From: Octopus vulgaris | Taxonomy: Eukaryota | NCBI GenBank assembly: GCA_951406725.2 | Contig: OX597831.1 | Coordinates: forward strand, 32,550,001-32,614,000 | DNA: 64,000 nucleotides | Direction of reading: 5' to 3' | Part shown: piece by piece, positions 25,780 to 39,641 of the stretch | Layout: the number at the start of each line of letters is the position of its first letter | Numbering within the stretch: position 1 is the first letter of the stretch | The notes under the pieces: model-generated | Told to the model about the DNA's origin: nothing | What the model saw: the letters and a program-made list of their open reading frames with translations, nothing else | Database searches by the model: none | Translations under genes and position numbers: made by a program

Positions 25780-26270
25780 GGCATGGATGTGGCTGTGTGG
25801 TTAAGAAGTTTACTTCATAGTCATATGGTTCTAGGTTCAGTCCTGTTGTGCTGCACTTTGGACAAGTGTCTTCTACTATAGTCCTGGGCTGACCTTGTCT
25901 GTGGATTTGGTAGACGGAAACTAAAAGAAGCCCGTCATGTATATGAATAAATTTGAATAAATATATACAGGAGTAGCTGTGTGGTAAGTAGCATGCTTCC
26001 CAACCACATGGTTCCAGGTTCAGTCCCACTGTGTGGTACCTTGGGCAAGTGTCTTCTACTATAGCCTCGGGCTGAACAAAGCCTTGTTAGTGGATTTGCT
26101 TAACAACCAATGCTGGTGTGTTTACGTCACTGTAACTTAGTGGTTTGGCAAAAGAAACCGATAGAAAAAGTACTAGACTTACAAAGAATAAGTCCTGGGG
26201 TCGATTTGTTCAACTAAAGGTGGTGCTCCAGCATGGCCACAGTCAAATGACTGAAACAAGTAAAAGAATA
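25780..26270 (+). mobile_element. Two adjacent CORE-like SINE copies
   Basis: Two heads (~25780 and ~25970) with CTTGGGCAAGTGTCTTCTACTATAG-like cores; tail GGTGGTGCTCCAGCATGGCCACAGTCAAATGACTGAAAC. Confidence 0.75.
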
Positions 26271-27317
26271 TATATCATCATCGTTTAACGTCCGCTTTCC
26301 ATGCTAGCATGGGTTAGATGATTTGACTGAGGCCTGGCAAACCAGATGGCTGCACCAGACTCCAATCTGATCTGGCAGAGTTTCTACAGCTGGATGCCCT
26401 TCCTAATGCCAACCACTCTGAGAGTGTAGTGGGTGCTTTTACATGCCTCTGGCACGAGGGGCAGTCAGACGGTACTGGCAACGGCCACATTCAAATGGTG
26501 CTATTTATGTGCCACCTGTACAGGAACCAGTCCAGCGGCACTGGCAATGACCTCACTCGAATGTTTTTTCACGTGCCACCAGCACAAGTTGTAGTAAGGC
26601 GACGCAGGTAACAATCACGCTCGAATGGTGTTTTTAATGTGCCATCAACTTGGAGGGCAGCTTCTTGCTCTGGCCCCGATCTCACTCGTATGGTACTCTT
26701 AGCGCTCCACTAGCACGGATGACAGTCATTGAATTTGATTTCATGCTTGAGAAGACTTGGCAAGTCCAAGTGAGAACATAACCTTGTGGCTTATGCCAGG
26801 GGTGAAACCAGTCCACTTATGTGTGCCTTTCCTTCATTGGACACTAAACTCTGCTTGCGAAGACTTGTTGAGGCAAGTGAATTCGAAATATATATATATG
26901 TATATATATGTTTTAAATAAAATGGGTCAAATTTCAGGACATTTATAAAGAGAAAGTCTTACAGTTGAAGTGCAGTCTGTGCAGAACAGGTCCCACCCTT
27001 TACACTTTTAGACCCAGGATTCATTTGCGGTGGCCCAGCAAACTGTGATGAGAGCTCCTTGGGTCATAGGTTTTATTTCAGAGTGTCCTCCTAGGCAGGT
27101 TGCCAATCATGACTAATGAGCCACATCTGCTCAGAGTGGCGTGGTTATATTGCACAAGACTCCCACAGTCATCCTCTCCTGTTGGTTTAGATCCCTGTGG
27201 TACCACGAGGAGGTTGAAGTAGGACTTGGGGTTTGCGTCACTCTTTGGAAGTTTTAGCCCAGTATGGTGTTCACCCAACCAGCATCCAATGACTATATGG
27301 GCCCTTATATACCACCC

Positions 27318-27353
<36 letters not shown>

Positions 27354-28734
27354 ATATATTTGTTTCAGTCACTAGACAGTGGCCATGCTGGGGCACCATC
27401 TTTGGGGAATTTTAGTTGAATGAATTGACCCTAGTGGTTTTTTTTTCAGCCTGATACTTATTCTATGTCTTTTTTGCTGAACTGCTAAGTTGTGGGACAT
27501 AAACACACCAACACCAGTTATCAAGAAACAGTGGGGGACAATCACAAACACGAAAACACACACACACACACACATGCACATATTTATAGGTATATGTGAC
27601 TGGCTTCTTTCAGTTTCCGTCAACCAAATCCACGAAGCTATAGATGAAGACACTTGTCTCAGGTGCCACACAGTGAAAATGAACCTAGAACCATGAGATT
27701 GAGAAGAAAACCTCTTACCACATGACCATGCCTGCACATAACAGATAATAAAATAAACAGCTTTACTGTTAGAGCATCAGGCTTGTATTTCAGTATATAT
27801 TTGAGGTTGTTCACATTCTGAGTTCAAATCCTACTGTGGTCAGCTTTGTCTTTCATCCCTCATGGTGTGGATTTAATTGATTACCACACCTTGTGTCAAA
27901 TTTCTGCCACTTGTACCTGTTATAGAAATTATTATTATTATTATTAAGGTGACGAGCTGGCAGAATCGTTAGCACACCAGGCAAAATGTCCAGCGGCATT
28001 TCATTCAACTTTATGTTCTTAGTTCAAATTCTGCCAAGATCAACTTTGCCTTTCACTTTTAGGGCCGATAGAATAAGTACCAGTTGAGCACTGGGGCCAA
28101 CATAATCAACTAGCCCCATCTCTTAAATTTCAGGTGTTGTGCCTATATTAAAGAGGATTATTATTATTATTGAGTGAGAGAGCAGTGCATGCCATCAAAA
28201 TGACACTGGGATACAAATATACAAAGCCCAATATATCCATCATGACTACCCGTCTGATAAGGGTACACCAGGCACATGCATCATAAGCATATGTGTGTGG
28301 CATGGTGATCTCATATCAAGATAAACAGTGCATGACCTTGCGGGTGGGGCCCTGGTAGAATTTTCTTCAGGTTGAGTGGGCCATCCCACTCAAAGGGTCC
28401 CTGAATAAGGTTTAAGGATGATGAGCAAAACACCCATGTTTACAGGGGTGAATTATTCAAGCCCCCAAAGAATCTCTCTCAACACATGGCTATGATGCTC
28501 CCCCACTACTTCTGCTTGTGATCAGAGATGCACATATCGTCAGCCACTAAGGGACATGGTCAACTGGTTAAGGTCAAACAACTGACAAGCAAATCTGTGG
28601 TATTGAGCAGAATATTTGCTGTGGCCCATCTTTTGTACCAAGACAAAACATGTTATTATTATTGTACACTTTTTGTTTTATTTTTTGTTATTTTTAATCC
28701 TTTCTCTATTTTTTTTTTGTGTGTTTTCTTGAAG

Positions 28735-28876
28735 ATTGTCCAAGATGGTTTATCTGCTCCAAAGTGAGGGATTCCGAGCTAGTCGCACTGTATTTGACAC
28801 CTATGGCATCCGAACTAATGCCAACCAGAAAGAAATCTACAGGACTTTGTTGAAGTATTGTAAACAAGAGCCTTAA
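28735..28876 (+). CDS. TRMT1L: TRMT1L last coding exon F
   Basis: Polypyrimidine tract plus aag acceptor. Encodes LSKMVYLLQSEGFRASRTVFDTYGIRTNANQKEIYRTLLKYCKQEP*, resembling human GFRVSRTHFDPMGVRTDA..ILLKY. TAA at 28874-28876. Confidence 0.9.
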
Positions 28877-31609
28877 TAGTAACAACAAAAATAACAAGAA
28901 CAACAACAAAAACAACAATAATAATGAAAATGATGATGATGATGATGACGAATGGGATGATAATGATTTCTAATAATAAAGATGATGACAATAATAATAA
29001 CAATAACAGTAATATTAATAATAGTAATAATAATAATGATAATAATCACAGTCTTGCTTTTGGAGTGGATTTGAAGTGGATTTGAACTCCTGATCAGATG
29101 TGGACAATGTGACTTACCCGATCCACTCTGCCACTGATTCCTACTTTTAACTTCTGTGGTCCGTACAGCTCCAGGGTTGGCACCAGAACATCACTTCCAC
29201 CTCTGTCTTTCTTTCTTTCTCTCCTGCCCCACCCCCACCTTGTTGTTCCTTCGCTTCGGCATCACGATTATCATGACGACAACGAGGTAGATGATAATAA
29301 CAATGATGATGATGATGATGATGAAGAAGCTGGAAGGGTCATAGGCAGAGGAGAGAGAAGGGGGCAAATGTATTTCTCACTCTTTTTCTGCCCCTTAAAA
29401 GTAACAATAACAACAACAAGGAAAGAAAAACAGTAAAAAAAAAGGGGAGGTGGGGCTGAAAACCTTAAAAGCTAAATTGTTATGTAGTTTGAAACTGAGG
29501 CTGGTTAGGTTAAGGGTTGTGGTTGAGGGCCAGGAGTATTTCCCTGACCTGTAGCTGGTGTAATGTGTGGACAGGGCTGTTATGGTCAGTGAGATATAGC
29601 CTGCAGGATTGAATCAATGGGGTTTTCTTCAGTGTGGTGGGGTGGTTGTGGTCAGTTTGGATGTGGTCATTGGATGGAATCTGAGATGTGGACAGTAGAG
29701 GTGTACGCATGTCAGCAGTAACGGCTTTGATTTAATATATCAGCTGGAAAACTATGGAATAGTTTATTTTGGACAATCATGTGTGTGTGTGTGTGTGTGT
29801 GTGTGAGTATATATGAATACATACATATATATATATATATCCTTTAATGTACACTATAAAAATGCAAGCTACTAATAGTTTCTTCCTTTGGAGACCTGGG
29901 TCTAGGCAGGTTTTTATAACATGCCTGGTGTCTCCAATGCAAGAAACTACGAGTAGCTCATATCTTTATACTGCATACATTAAATGATATCTCTCACTCG
30001 ATGGAGTACTTTTGTTGATCTTACCTTAACGGAACAATAAATTATATATATATATATCTATAAAGTCAACCCAAAAAGTGTCTACACTCTTCAGAAAAAG
30101 TAAAATCTATATAAATATTTTAATTTGGTGTTATTGCAATTTGATAAAACATTGAAAGAGATATTTATCTTCATAGGGCTACTTAATATTTATACAGATC
30201 TTTTCCTCTCCTGAAGAGTGCACACATTCTTTTGGCAGCTTGTATGTGTGTATATATATATATATATGCACATGTATGTATCCATACACATTGCTTTATT
30301 TTGAAGGAATGAGAAAAGAGTGCTCAATACATGTTGTAGAGGATATGTTTTTTTCTTTTACTGAAACTGGAGCAGAGAGTTTGTCTCATGACTTGAGCTT
30401 TCATACCACTGCCTGAAGATTGCAGTGGCATGAAACTTGAGTTACATAACAAACTCTTAACTTAAGTTTTAATAAAGAAATTATTATATACCTCAGACCA
30501 GCGATTTGAATTTGTTTTGAAGGTGACTCAGGAGTACGGTGCTGAAGAGCTGAAATCGCAGCAAAATATCAATAGTTCACTTACTGGGCGATTCATTTTA
30601 GCTGGTTTTGAGGTATTCAGTGTTTTTGAAAACTTCATGTCATAAAGGGATTTTTCTTGGATGAAATCCAGCAGCCAAAAGCATTTAATCAAAACATATT
30701 AAATAAGTGGCATCAATAATTCTTGTGTTATTAGAGTTGCTTCTAATAAAAATTCTATACATATGTATGTGTGTATGTATGTTTGTGTATATATATATAT
30801 ATATATATATTAGCATGGAAAACGGACGCTAAATGAAAATGATGTCTGTGTGTGCTTTTCCTTGTGTTTGTGTGTTTACAATGTAATTTGTGTTTGTTGG
30901 TTTCCTCTTCTATTTGAGAACATATAATGAGGTTGTGATTGTACTGCTGTAACATGGGCATGTACTTTGATGTAACTGTACTGTGCTGTGGTTTCAACTT
31001 CGACTGTTTTCCAAGAAGTCACAGCCCAATGTCGTTGCGTTGCTAGAATCAACTGACTTCAGGTGCCCTAAAATATTTCTGAACCTGTGCCTAAATTAGA
31101 CTCAAAAGAAAGTTGAGTTATGTCCCTTTATGTTCTGAGTTCAAATCCTGCCAGGACCACACTTGGTATTTTTATTTTCAACCTAACCCTGCCTCCACCC
31201 CCACCTACAAACTCCTGGTCTCTGTGCCAGTGTAAAAAATTATTATTACTATTATTATTATTATTATTATTGTTATTATTATTATAATTATCTGTGTCTA
31301 ATGATGGTACACTCAATGTTACTCTGCCTTTCTTCCCTGGCCCTTCACCATCTAAAACATTGAGAAGGTTGTAACAGACTTGTAGCAGTTCTCTTCTTTA
31401 AATTGGTCTTCCTCCTCCCCCACCTCCCTATTTCCTTCTCCTCCTCTTTCTCTTGCTAGAATCTCTGGATTAAAATAAATTTTAGGTTATTTATATTATA
31501 TAACATTGTTGTTTTTCTTTAAAAAAAATTGTTTTATGGATTCTGGGACATTTTCTTATGTTTTTCATTTTTTAAAAATATTTCTTTCAGCAAATCTGTT
31601 CCTCCATAC

Positions 31610-31926
31610 CAGGGGTTTTCACTATTTTTTTCTCTGTGGACCCCTTTGATTACTATTTCATTCTGGTGGACCCTTATAGCCATTCGATGTTCAAAAACTT
31701 CTATCAAAATTCCTATTTCATTTTTCACACATCAACTTGTGTAGGTTGAACTGCGTAAAATGTTAGAGAAGTAATCCTAGCTGTTTCTTGCAATACATGC
31801 CAATACATACATCAAAAGTAAAATTTTTTCAGGGGGCCCTTAAAATACTATTGCGGATCCGCAATTTACTATTTTGTTTTGTAGACTCCCCAAAAATCTT
31901 AAATGGACCCTGGTTGAGAACCATTG
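31610..31926. mobile_element. hAT (Charlie-like) MITE
   Basis: Ends CAGGGGTTTTCAC / GTTGAGAACCATTG; imperfect 8-bp TSD CTCCATAC / ATCTATAC. Confidence 0.6.
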
Positions 31927-32659
31927 ATCTATACATTTAATCTCTCATCTGGCACAAAGCCACCACCACCCCTCAGAACTACTCCACCCTCCCAGTTGAG
32001 GAGCTTTTGCCTGTTTTGTCTTGCAAGGTATTTGGTGACCCTGTCGGTAATGGTGCCATGTAAAGAGCGCTGGTACTGATGCCACACAAAAAGCATCGGT
32101 GCTGGTGCCACGTAGAAAGCACCCAGTACACTATGAAGGTTTGGCGCTAGGAAGGGCAACTATCTATAGAAACCATACCAAAGCAATGGAGCCTGGTATG
32201 GCTCTCGGCCTTGCCAGCTCCTGTCCAACCCAGACCAGGTGGAAAACAGATGTTAATGATGATGTTGTTTTGATGTCTTACCAGTTGTATCGAAAATCTG
32301 AAAGGTTGCCTGCTGTTCTTCTACATGAAGTACTTGTTCTACTAGTAATAGCACCCAAACCAAATTTCCTTCAAAGCACATACCGAGCTGTCATTGGAGA
32401 AAGAAATGAGAGTATGTGCTTGGAGAAATGTAGTCTTTGATGGACTTATGTCGTGACTGGAAATAAGATGTGAAGTTTGTGGTTGGAACATTTTTGATGA
32501 CAGACCTGTCTTCTGGGCCTGGTTTGTTGATTTGGATTTAAGCTGGTGGAAACAGCAGCCAAATGTCCTTCGTATCACACTCTAGTACCTTAAAAAAGAA
32601 GGACACATTAGATAGTGCAATTTTATATAATATATATATATATATATATATAATATGCC

Positions 32660-34885
32660 AGTGGGTACACTAGTCAGATTGACAACATTCTCGCCAGGAA
32701 ACGGGAAAGATGGCTACTTATAAATGCCCACATTTTCCTAGGTGAAGAACGCACCCCACAAAATAGGTTAGTAGTTAGCAATATCAAGATCAGGGCTAAA
32801 TGACTGCTCATGAGACGACCAGCATGGAAAAGAAGGGTCTGGGAGCTTAAGGATCCTGCAAATGGACATAGATTTAGAGAGGTATTACTTGAAGCTTTTG
32901 ACGAAAAAGAGGAGGATGTAGCATCACATAATGTGGAAGACAACTGGGGGTTCCTACGGGACAACCTGTTGAGGGCTACTCACCAACTCTGTGGATGCTG
33001 TAAAGTCCCCTCTCGACCCAAGGTAACATGCTGGTGGAACAATCTAGCTGACAGGACCATTAGGGAAAAGAAACAGCCATGGAAGGGCTGGAAGTGCGGT
33101 GGTAGTAGGGAACTGTATCAGATCGCCAGAAGGGAAGCTAGGAGACAGGCTTACTTAGCCAGAGGTGAAGCAGATAAGAAAAAAATTGCCAATGTTCTTC
33201 GTCGTGAGGACGAAAGACTTGAAATATTTCGTATTGCAAGACTGTGAGAGAATCGTGATGTCATAGAGAAATGTGTCCGCATGGATGATGGCTCACTTGC
33301 ATTTAATGAGGCTGCAAAGGGAGAAACTTGGAGACACCACTATGAAAGGTTGCTAATTGAATAGAATGAATGAGAGAAAGAGAGTATGCCAAATGTCGAC
33401 CCAACAGAGGGACCAGCTATCCGATTTGACAGTACCTTGGTAGATAAAGCAATTAAGGGTATGAAGACAGGGAAAGCCCCCAGCCCATCAGGAATCATCG
33501 CAGAGATGCTTAAAATATCTGGTGGTGTCAGCTATAGCCTAGACACCCCTAGAGTCAATCAGGTGATACACGAAGGGGTCATACCCAATGATTGGTGTAG
33601 CAGCACCATAGTCAACTGCTACGAAGGTAAAGGTGACGCTTTAGATAGGAATAATTAGACGTATCAAATTGATGGATCAGATGAAAGTCACGGAGAGGGT
33701 CATAGCCCAACTAATTAGGGAGAGAGTTAGTTTAGACGAGATGCAGTTTAGGTTTGTGCCAGGGGGAAGCACCACTGATGCTATATTTCTGGTAAGACAG
33801 CTGCAGGAGTAATTCTGAGTCAAAGATAAATCTCTGGTCTTGGTTTTTGATGACATGGAGAAAGCCTTTGACAGGCACCCACCCTGATCCTTTATCTGGT
33901 GGTAATGTGGAAACTAGGGATAGATGAGTGGTTGGTGAGAACTGCACAAGTCATGTACAGAGATGCTGTCAGTAAGGAGAGGGTTGATAATGAGTATAGC
34001 AATGAATTCAGGGTACAAGTAGAGGTTCACCAAGGATCAGTCCTCAGATCCCTCTTGTTCATCGTAGTCCTCCAGTCAAGACAGGCTGCTTCTGGGAGCC
34101 CCTCCATGCTGATGACCTTGTTCTTATAGCTGAATCACTCCCAGAACTAGAGAAGTTTCAGATGTGGAAGCAAGGTCTAGAGTCGAAGGGCCTTAGAGTC
34201 AATGTAGCAAAAACCAAAGTCATAGCAAGTAGGAAGGCGGACAAATCATAAATCCCTTCAGGCAGATGGCCCTGCTCGATCTGCAGAAAAGGCTTACCCA
34301 GTGTAAGCTACTGACACATAAGAGGTGCAACAATATCAAAGGAATGTTAATTGGGAATATAGATTTTATGTGTCGCAAATGCACAGGGACAATAAACACC
34401 AAAGATGTACAGAAAACAGATTCCATCACATGCCAGGGGGGAAAACTAGAAGTAGTTGATAGCATCCGTTACCTAGGTGATCAAGTCGAAGGCTGGGGTA
34501 GATGCTCTGAGAGTGTAGCTGGGGTGGATGCTCTGAGAGTGTAGCTGTTAGAATAAAAATAGCCTGGGCAAAGTTCAGAGAGCTACCTCTACTGGCTACA
34601 AAGGGCCTCTTGCTCAGTGTGAAAAGTAGACTGTATGATGCATGCGTGCGAACAGCCATGATACACGGCAGTAAAACATGGGCTGTAGCTGCTGAGGACA
34701 TGCATAGGCTTGAAAGAAATAAAGCTAGTATGCTCCGCTGGATGTGTAATGTCAGTCTGCTTACACGATAAAGTGTAAGCGCCCTGAGAGAAAAGTTGGA
34801 CATAAGAAGCATCAGATGTGGTGCGCAAGAGAGACGACAGCGCTGATATGGTCATGTGTTGCATACCGATGAGGGCAGCTGTATG
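32660..34885 (+). mobile_element. Decayed RTE-clade LINE
   Basis: SQID, WWN, KAPSPSGIIAEMLK, DMEKAFD, VHQGSVL, ADDLV, a Cys-rich insert, YLG and R*YGHV remnants, with multiple frameshifts. Confidence 0.85.
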
Positions 34886-36081
34886 AGAAATGTGGCAAAT
34901 GTTGGAATCCGTGGAAAAGTTCTACACTGGATTAAGTATTTCCTGGCGAATAGAACACAACATGTTGTAGTTGATGGAATCCACTCAAGCCCAGCAAAAG
35001 TCACCAGCGGTGTCCCCCAGGGGACTGTCTTGGGTCCGCTACTCTTCATAATTTACATAAACGACCTTTCCAGTGTCGTACATTACTGCAAAGTGAAAAT
35101 ATTTGCTGATGACACCAAGCTCCAGCAAATCGTCAATGAAGAAACAGACCGAACTCAACTCCAGTCTGATCTATATGCTGTGAGTCAATGGGCAGACAGA
35201 AACAAAATGCGACTGAACGAGGGAAAATTTGAGCTGATGCATTTTGGAAGAAATTACTCACTAAAACAGCCATACTCTCTTCCTTCAGGAGAACCGCTCA
35301 CAGCCTCTAACAATATCAGAGACCTGGGTGTAATTGTTGATGACGATCTCAGTTGGAGTGCACACATCAACAAGAAGGTCGATATAGCTCGTAGGATGAG
35401 TTCCTAGATATTTAAGAACTTTCCGGTCCAGAGAACAAGGTGTCATCATACCACTTTTCTCCTCCTTTGTACGGTCACACCTCGAATACTGCTGCCCACT
35501 GTGGTCTCCCCATATAAGACAAAACATCTCGAGGATTGAATCACCCCAGAGGGCACTCACTAAACGAATTGAAGGCATAGCTGCTCTCGATTATTGGGAT
35601 CACCTTAAAGCCTTGAAGCTCTACTTTCTCCAGCGTTGCCGTGAGCGGTACATCATTTGTACGATGTGGAGAATATACCGCCAACTTTGCCCAAACGATC
35701 TGAATATTAGCTTCAAGGTTCATCCAAGACTGGGACCACGGGCCATACGTCCCCTGCCCAATTCAAGATCACAGCATACATGTACACTGCAACATAATTT
35801 CTTTTTCTCAACAGGCCCTGCCCTATTTAACATTGTCCCAAAAGAGATCAAAGAGCAAAAGGATCCCATCAACTTTAAACGGAGTCTGGATAAATTCCTT
35901 CAAGTAATACCAGATAAGCCACCCATAATTGGATACAACTCACCCAACAAAAACTCACTACTTGAATGGACCATGAACAAAACTTGACTTAAACAGGATT
36001 CAAATAATCCTATCAGGTGGTGCTATTAAGTTAGACATGGCCTGGACCAGTCTTTGGTCGAAACATATCTAAGTTTATCGA

Positions 36082-36087
<6 letters not shown>
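34885..36087 (+). mobile_element. 5'-truncated CR1/L2-group LINE abutting the RTE
   Basis: GIRGKVLHWIKYFLANRTQ, SGVPQGTVLGPLLF, FADDTKL, IRDLGV, LEYCCPLWSP, FKRSLDKFL. Structured 3' UTR and AAGTTTATC tandem tail. Confidence 0.88.
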
Positions 36088-36134
<47 letters not shown>

Positions 36135-36280
36135 AAATAGAAAGATGAATTTTCTTGTTACAGATTATTCAAAAGTTTAACCGATACCTGGGTAGCAAAA
36201 ATCACAGCAGAAAATACACGGTTGGAGATAAGACCATTTGGTGTTGCAACCGTGCGTTGGTGCGGATAATTGAAGTTTAA

Positions 36281-36680
36281 TATTATTATTGAATGGAAGA
36301 AATGGAGTTGAACGAAGATTGTACAGAATTCCTTTTATTACATTCTACACATGTTTCAAAGGCCACAAATTTCCAAATTCTGATTAAATAAGGGTACCAT
36401 ATTGTGGCTTTCTTATCAGGAAAAAACAGGAATTCCGTTGACAGAACAAAACAGAACAGAGGCGCAGCAATTCGAACGAGCCTCCTCGTTCGAATTGCTG
36501 CGCCTCTGTTCTGTTTTGTTCTGTCAACGGAATTCCTGTTTTTTCCTGATAAGAAAGCCACAATATGGTACCCTTATTTAATCAGAATTTGGAAATTTGT
36601 GGCCTTTGAAACATGTGTAGAATGTAATAAAAGGAATTCTGTACAATCTTCGTTCAACTCCATTTCTTCCATTCAATAAT

Positions 36681-36684
<4 letters not shown>
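36281..36684. repeat. Perfect palindrome, 200-bp arms with 4-nt spacer (CCTC, 36481-36484)
   Basis: Ends and centre checked by eye. Mirror ORFs 36286-36561(-) and 36404-36679(+) differ only at the spacer. Confidence 0.97.
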
Positions 36685-36750
<66 letters not shown>

Positions 36751-36770
36751 ATATATACATTTATAGTATA

Positions 36771-37125
36771 CTAGCAGTATCGCCCGGCGTTGCTCGGGTT
36801 GTAAGGGAAATAAATATATAAGCATTTTTAGAGAGTTATAGCCAAAAAATAGCAAAAAAATGCATTAAAAATTGAAAAAAAATTAAGGTAAATTTTTTTT
36901 TAAATCGTTGACACATCGTAGATATTTTTAGAGAGTTACTTCCCTTATATAAAAGCGAAAAAAATGCATTAAAATGGAAAAATATGATTTTTTAAAAATC
37001 GTAGACTCATCGTAGATGCACGCTAATACCCAGAAGGGCTCGATATGAATCACGACTATAAGATACCCGCTTTTAGGAATGTAAATCGTAGGAGACAGAC
37101 ACACAACTTCACTCTTATATAAAGA
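36771..37125 (-). mobile_element. Non-autonomous Helitron family A, copy 1
   Basis: Minus strand A|TCTTTATATAAG...CCCGAGCAACGCCGGG..CTGCTAG|T; no TSD. Confidence 0.85.
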
Positions 37126-37983
37126 TGCTTTTTTTTTTTCAGTCATAGAGTTAGATTTATGAAGGTCTTCAGTAGAAAATCCTTCGAATTCTGACTCGCT
37201 GCTTGATATAATGAAATTCGTATCCATTTTTTGTCAGAATTACAAATTTTGAAAACACAATAGGAACAAATTTCGGAAAAAAATCTCCCATAATTCACGG
37301 AATTAAAATTACACTTCGATTTTTGTACAAAACTGTAGTTGAAGTGTTTACGAAGTATAATACGTGTTTTCACGAATGTACTAAAGAGATTTGCTCTGAT
37401 ATTCTCATTTAAATATGAATAGGTAAATTCGGGCGGCTTGGTAACTATATATAAGTGTCGTCTGTTTATACATAAACACTGTTTCATACTGCAATTATAT
37501 ATACATATATCTATATATAATATTATATAATAAAATATATACAGAGTAAAATAAAAACCAATTTACCTTTTCTGTCCGTCCGTGTGTCTTTGCAAATGTG
37601 TTGGAATGATAAGTGAGTTGAGTTTTGGCGCCTTTTTTACTAATAACAAACACACACGTGTTTGTATGTAGTTGTATGTGTATGTAGTTGTATGTAGTTG
37701 TATATGTATGTGTATGCGTGTGTGTGAGGAATGACACACACACACTCACGCACGCACACATGTACATCAATGCTTTCGGAGTGATATGTTAAAATATTGA
37801 GTTTTCTCGAATTTTGTCTTAATTGGTGGTAAAATTGAAAGAAATTTTTTATGGCATCACCCACTGAAGTACTCTGAAAAATCTTAGGTAAATTCTAATT
37901 GAAGAAATTGTGTGAGGAGTAAATGGTTATGTATTTATTTGTTTCTGTTTGCTGTGTTTTTTTATTTTTTGAGTAGTGGTTTA

Positions 37984-38294
37984 AATACTTTCAGTTTAGT
38001 CTTCCTCAAATCACTCTGTCGCTATTTACTTTCATTTTATTCGTTGCACACTGTGTGTGTGCGTTTGCGTGTGGTGTAAACCAGACTAAGAAAAGCATTT
38101 GACACACACACCAGAATGTGAGTTTTCTGTAAATTTTGCTTAATTGGAGTTTAAATTTTAAAAACTGGACCTGGCATGACGCGATGCATTCTACTCTGAA
38201 AAATGCTAGGTAAATTGTAATTGAAGAAATCCTATATTGTAGATTTGTATAACTCCCAAAGGGAGGCAGATAAAATCTGCCTTTTATAATAAGA
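37984..38294 (-). mobile_element. Helitron-like family B 5' segment, duplicated at 39778-40090
   Basis: Near-identical ~310-bp copies starting TC(TC)TTATTATAAAAGGCAGATTTTATCTGCC on the minus strand. Confidence 0.6.
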
Positions 38295-38930
38295 CTAGCA
38301 GTATCGCCCGGCGTTGCTCGGGTTTGTAAGGGAAATAACTATATAAGCATTTTTAGAGAGTTATAGCCAAAAAATAGCAAAAAATGCATTAAAAATGGAA
38401 AAAATATGATGGTAAATTTTTTTAAAAATCGTTGACTCATCGTAGACATTTTTAGAGAGTTACTTCCCTTATATAATAGCGAAAAAATGCATTAAAATGG
38501 AAAAAATCGATGGTAAATTTTTTTTTAAATCGTAGACTCATGTAGACGCTTTCTTAGCCATTTCTGTTTTGGTGTCTTCAAGCCATGAAGTCGTTGTTCT
38601 AAAAGAACACTGGTCTCCTTGACAACGCATTACGACGTTGATTTCCTTACACTCCCTTCCCCACAGGTGCAGGTTTGAGCGTGGACGCCAACTCCGCCGC
38701 CATCGACACACGAAAAATTATGCATTAAAATGGAATAAAAAATGATGTTAAATTATTTTTAAAATCGTAGACTCATCGTAGACGCGCGCTAATATTCAGA
38801 CGGGCTCGATATGAATCACGACTATAAGCTACCCGAATTTGGTTAAACTGTACCGCAAAATGTGGGAGTAGTTAGGAATCTAAATCGAAAGGGACAGACA
38901 CTCACACAACTACAGTTTTATATATATAGA
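38295..38930 (-). mobile_element. Non-autonomous Helitron family A, copy 2
   Basis: A|TCTATATATATAAAACTGTAG...hairpin...CTAG, with internal subrepeats. Confidence 0.87.
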
Positions 38931-38959
38931 TATACATAGCGCAGTAGGGGTGAGATATG

Positions 38960-39305
38960 ACAGCAAAGAAAAGCATACATTCACTCTCTGCATGCAATTA
39001 GACTCGGAAAGTTCGTGAGGAACCCATTGACCCAATTTGCTGACTTTTCCGATAGCACACAGGTGTCAATGAATGGTTGAATGACCAAATCCAAGCTTCT
39101 CTGCTAGTTCCTCAACAGTTACGATGATATTTTGTTCCACCAGGGTTTTCAGGATGTCCTTGTCGAGTTCTACAGATCTTTCAGGATGAGGCTCGTCTTC
39201 TAGGCTGTAGTTTATGGCTCGGGATTTCTGGAACCACCATTGACACTGCCTTACGCTTATTGTCCAATCCCCATATACTGCATTAATATTTCTTGTACTT
39301 TGCAC
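38960..39305 (-). pseudogene. mariner transposase N-terminal fragment
   Basis: NINAVYGDWTISVRQCQWWFQK...SLEDEPHPER...TVEELAEKLGFGHSTI, the two mariner HTH domains. Confidence 0.75.
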
Positions 39306-39610
39306 ACATTTATATTCTGTTATTCTTTTATATGTTTCAGCCTTGAGGTTGTGGCCATGCTGGATCATGTGTGTGTGTGTGTGTGTCTATCTGTCTGTCT
39401 GTCTGTATGTATATATGTATATGTATGTGTGTGAACAATAATATTTTCAACAGATGTGTTGCAAATGTATCTGATTGTTCTCAAGCTTCAATACTGTGTG
39501 TGTGTGTATGTGTGTGTGTGTATGTATGTATGTATATGTATGTATGTATATGTATGTATGTATGTATGTGTGTATGTATGTATGTGTGTGTGTATGTATG
39601 TGTGTGTGTA

Positions 39611-39641
<31 letters not shown>

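Noticed and set aside
34856-35407. Apparent in-frame RTE/CR1 chimeric ORF
   Set aside because: Best explained by a 5'-truncated LINE landing in a dead RTE; only a few codons are shared and both parts are disrupted.
36286-36679. Two near-identical 91-aa ORFs on opposite strands
   Set aside because: A consequence of the palindrome; GTG starts and no homology recognised.
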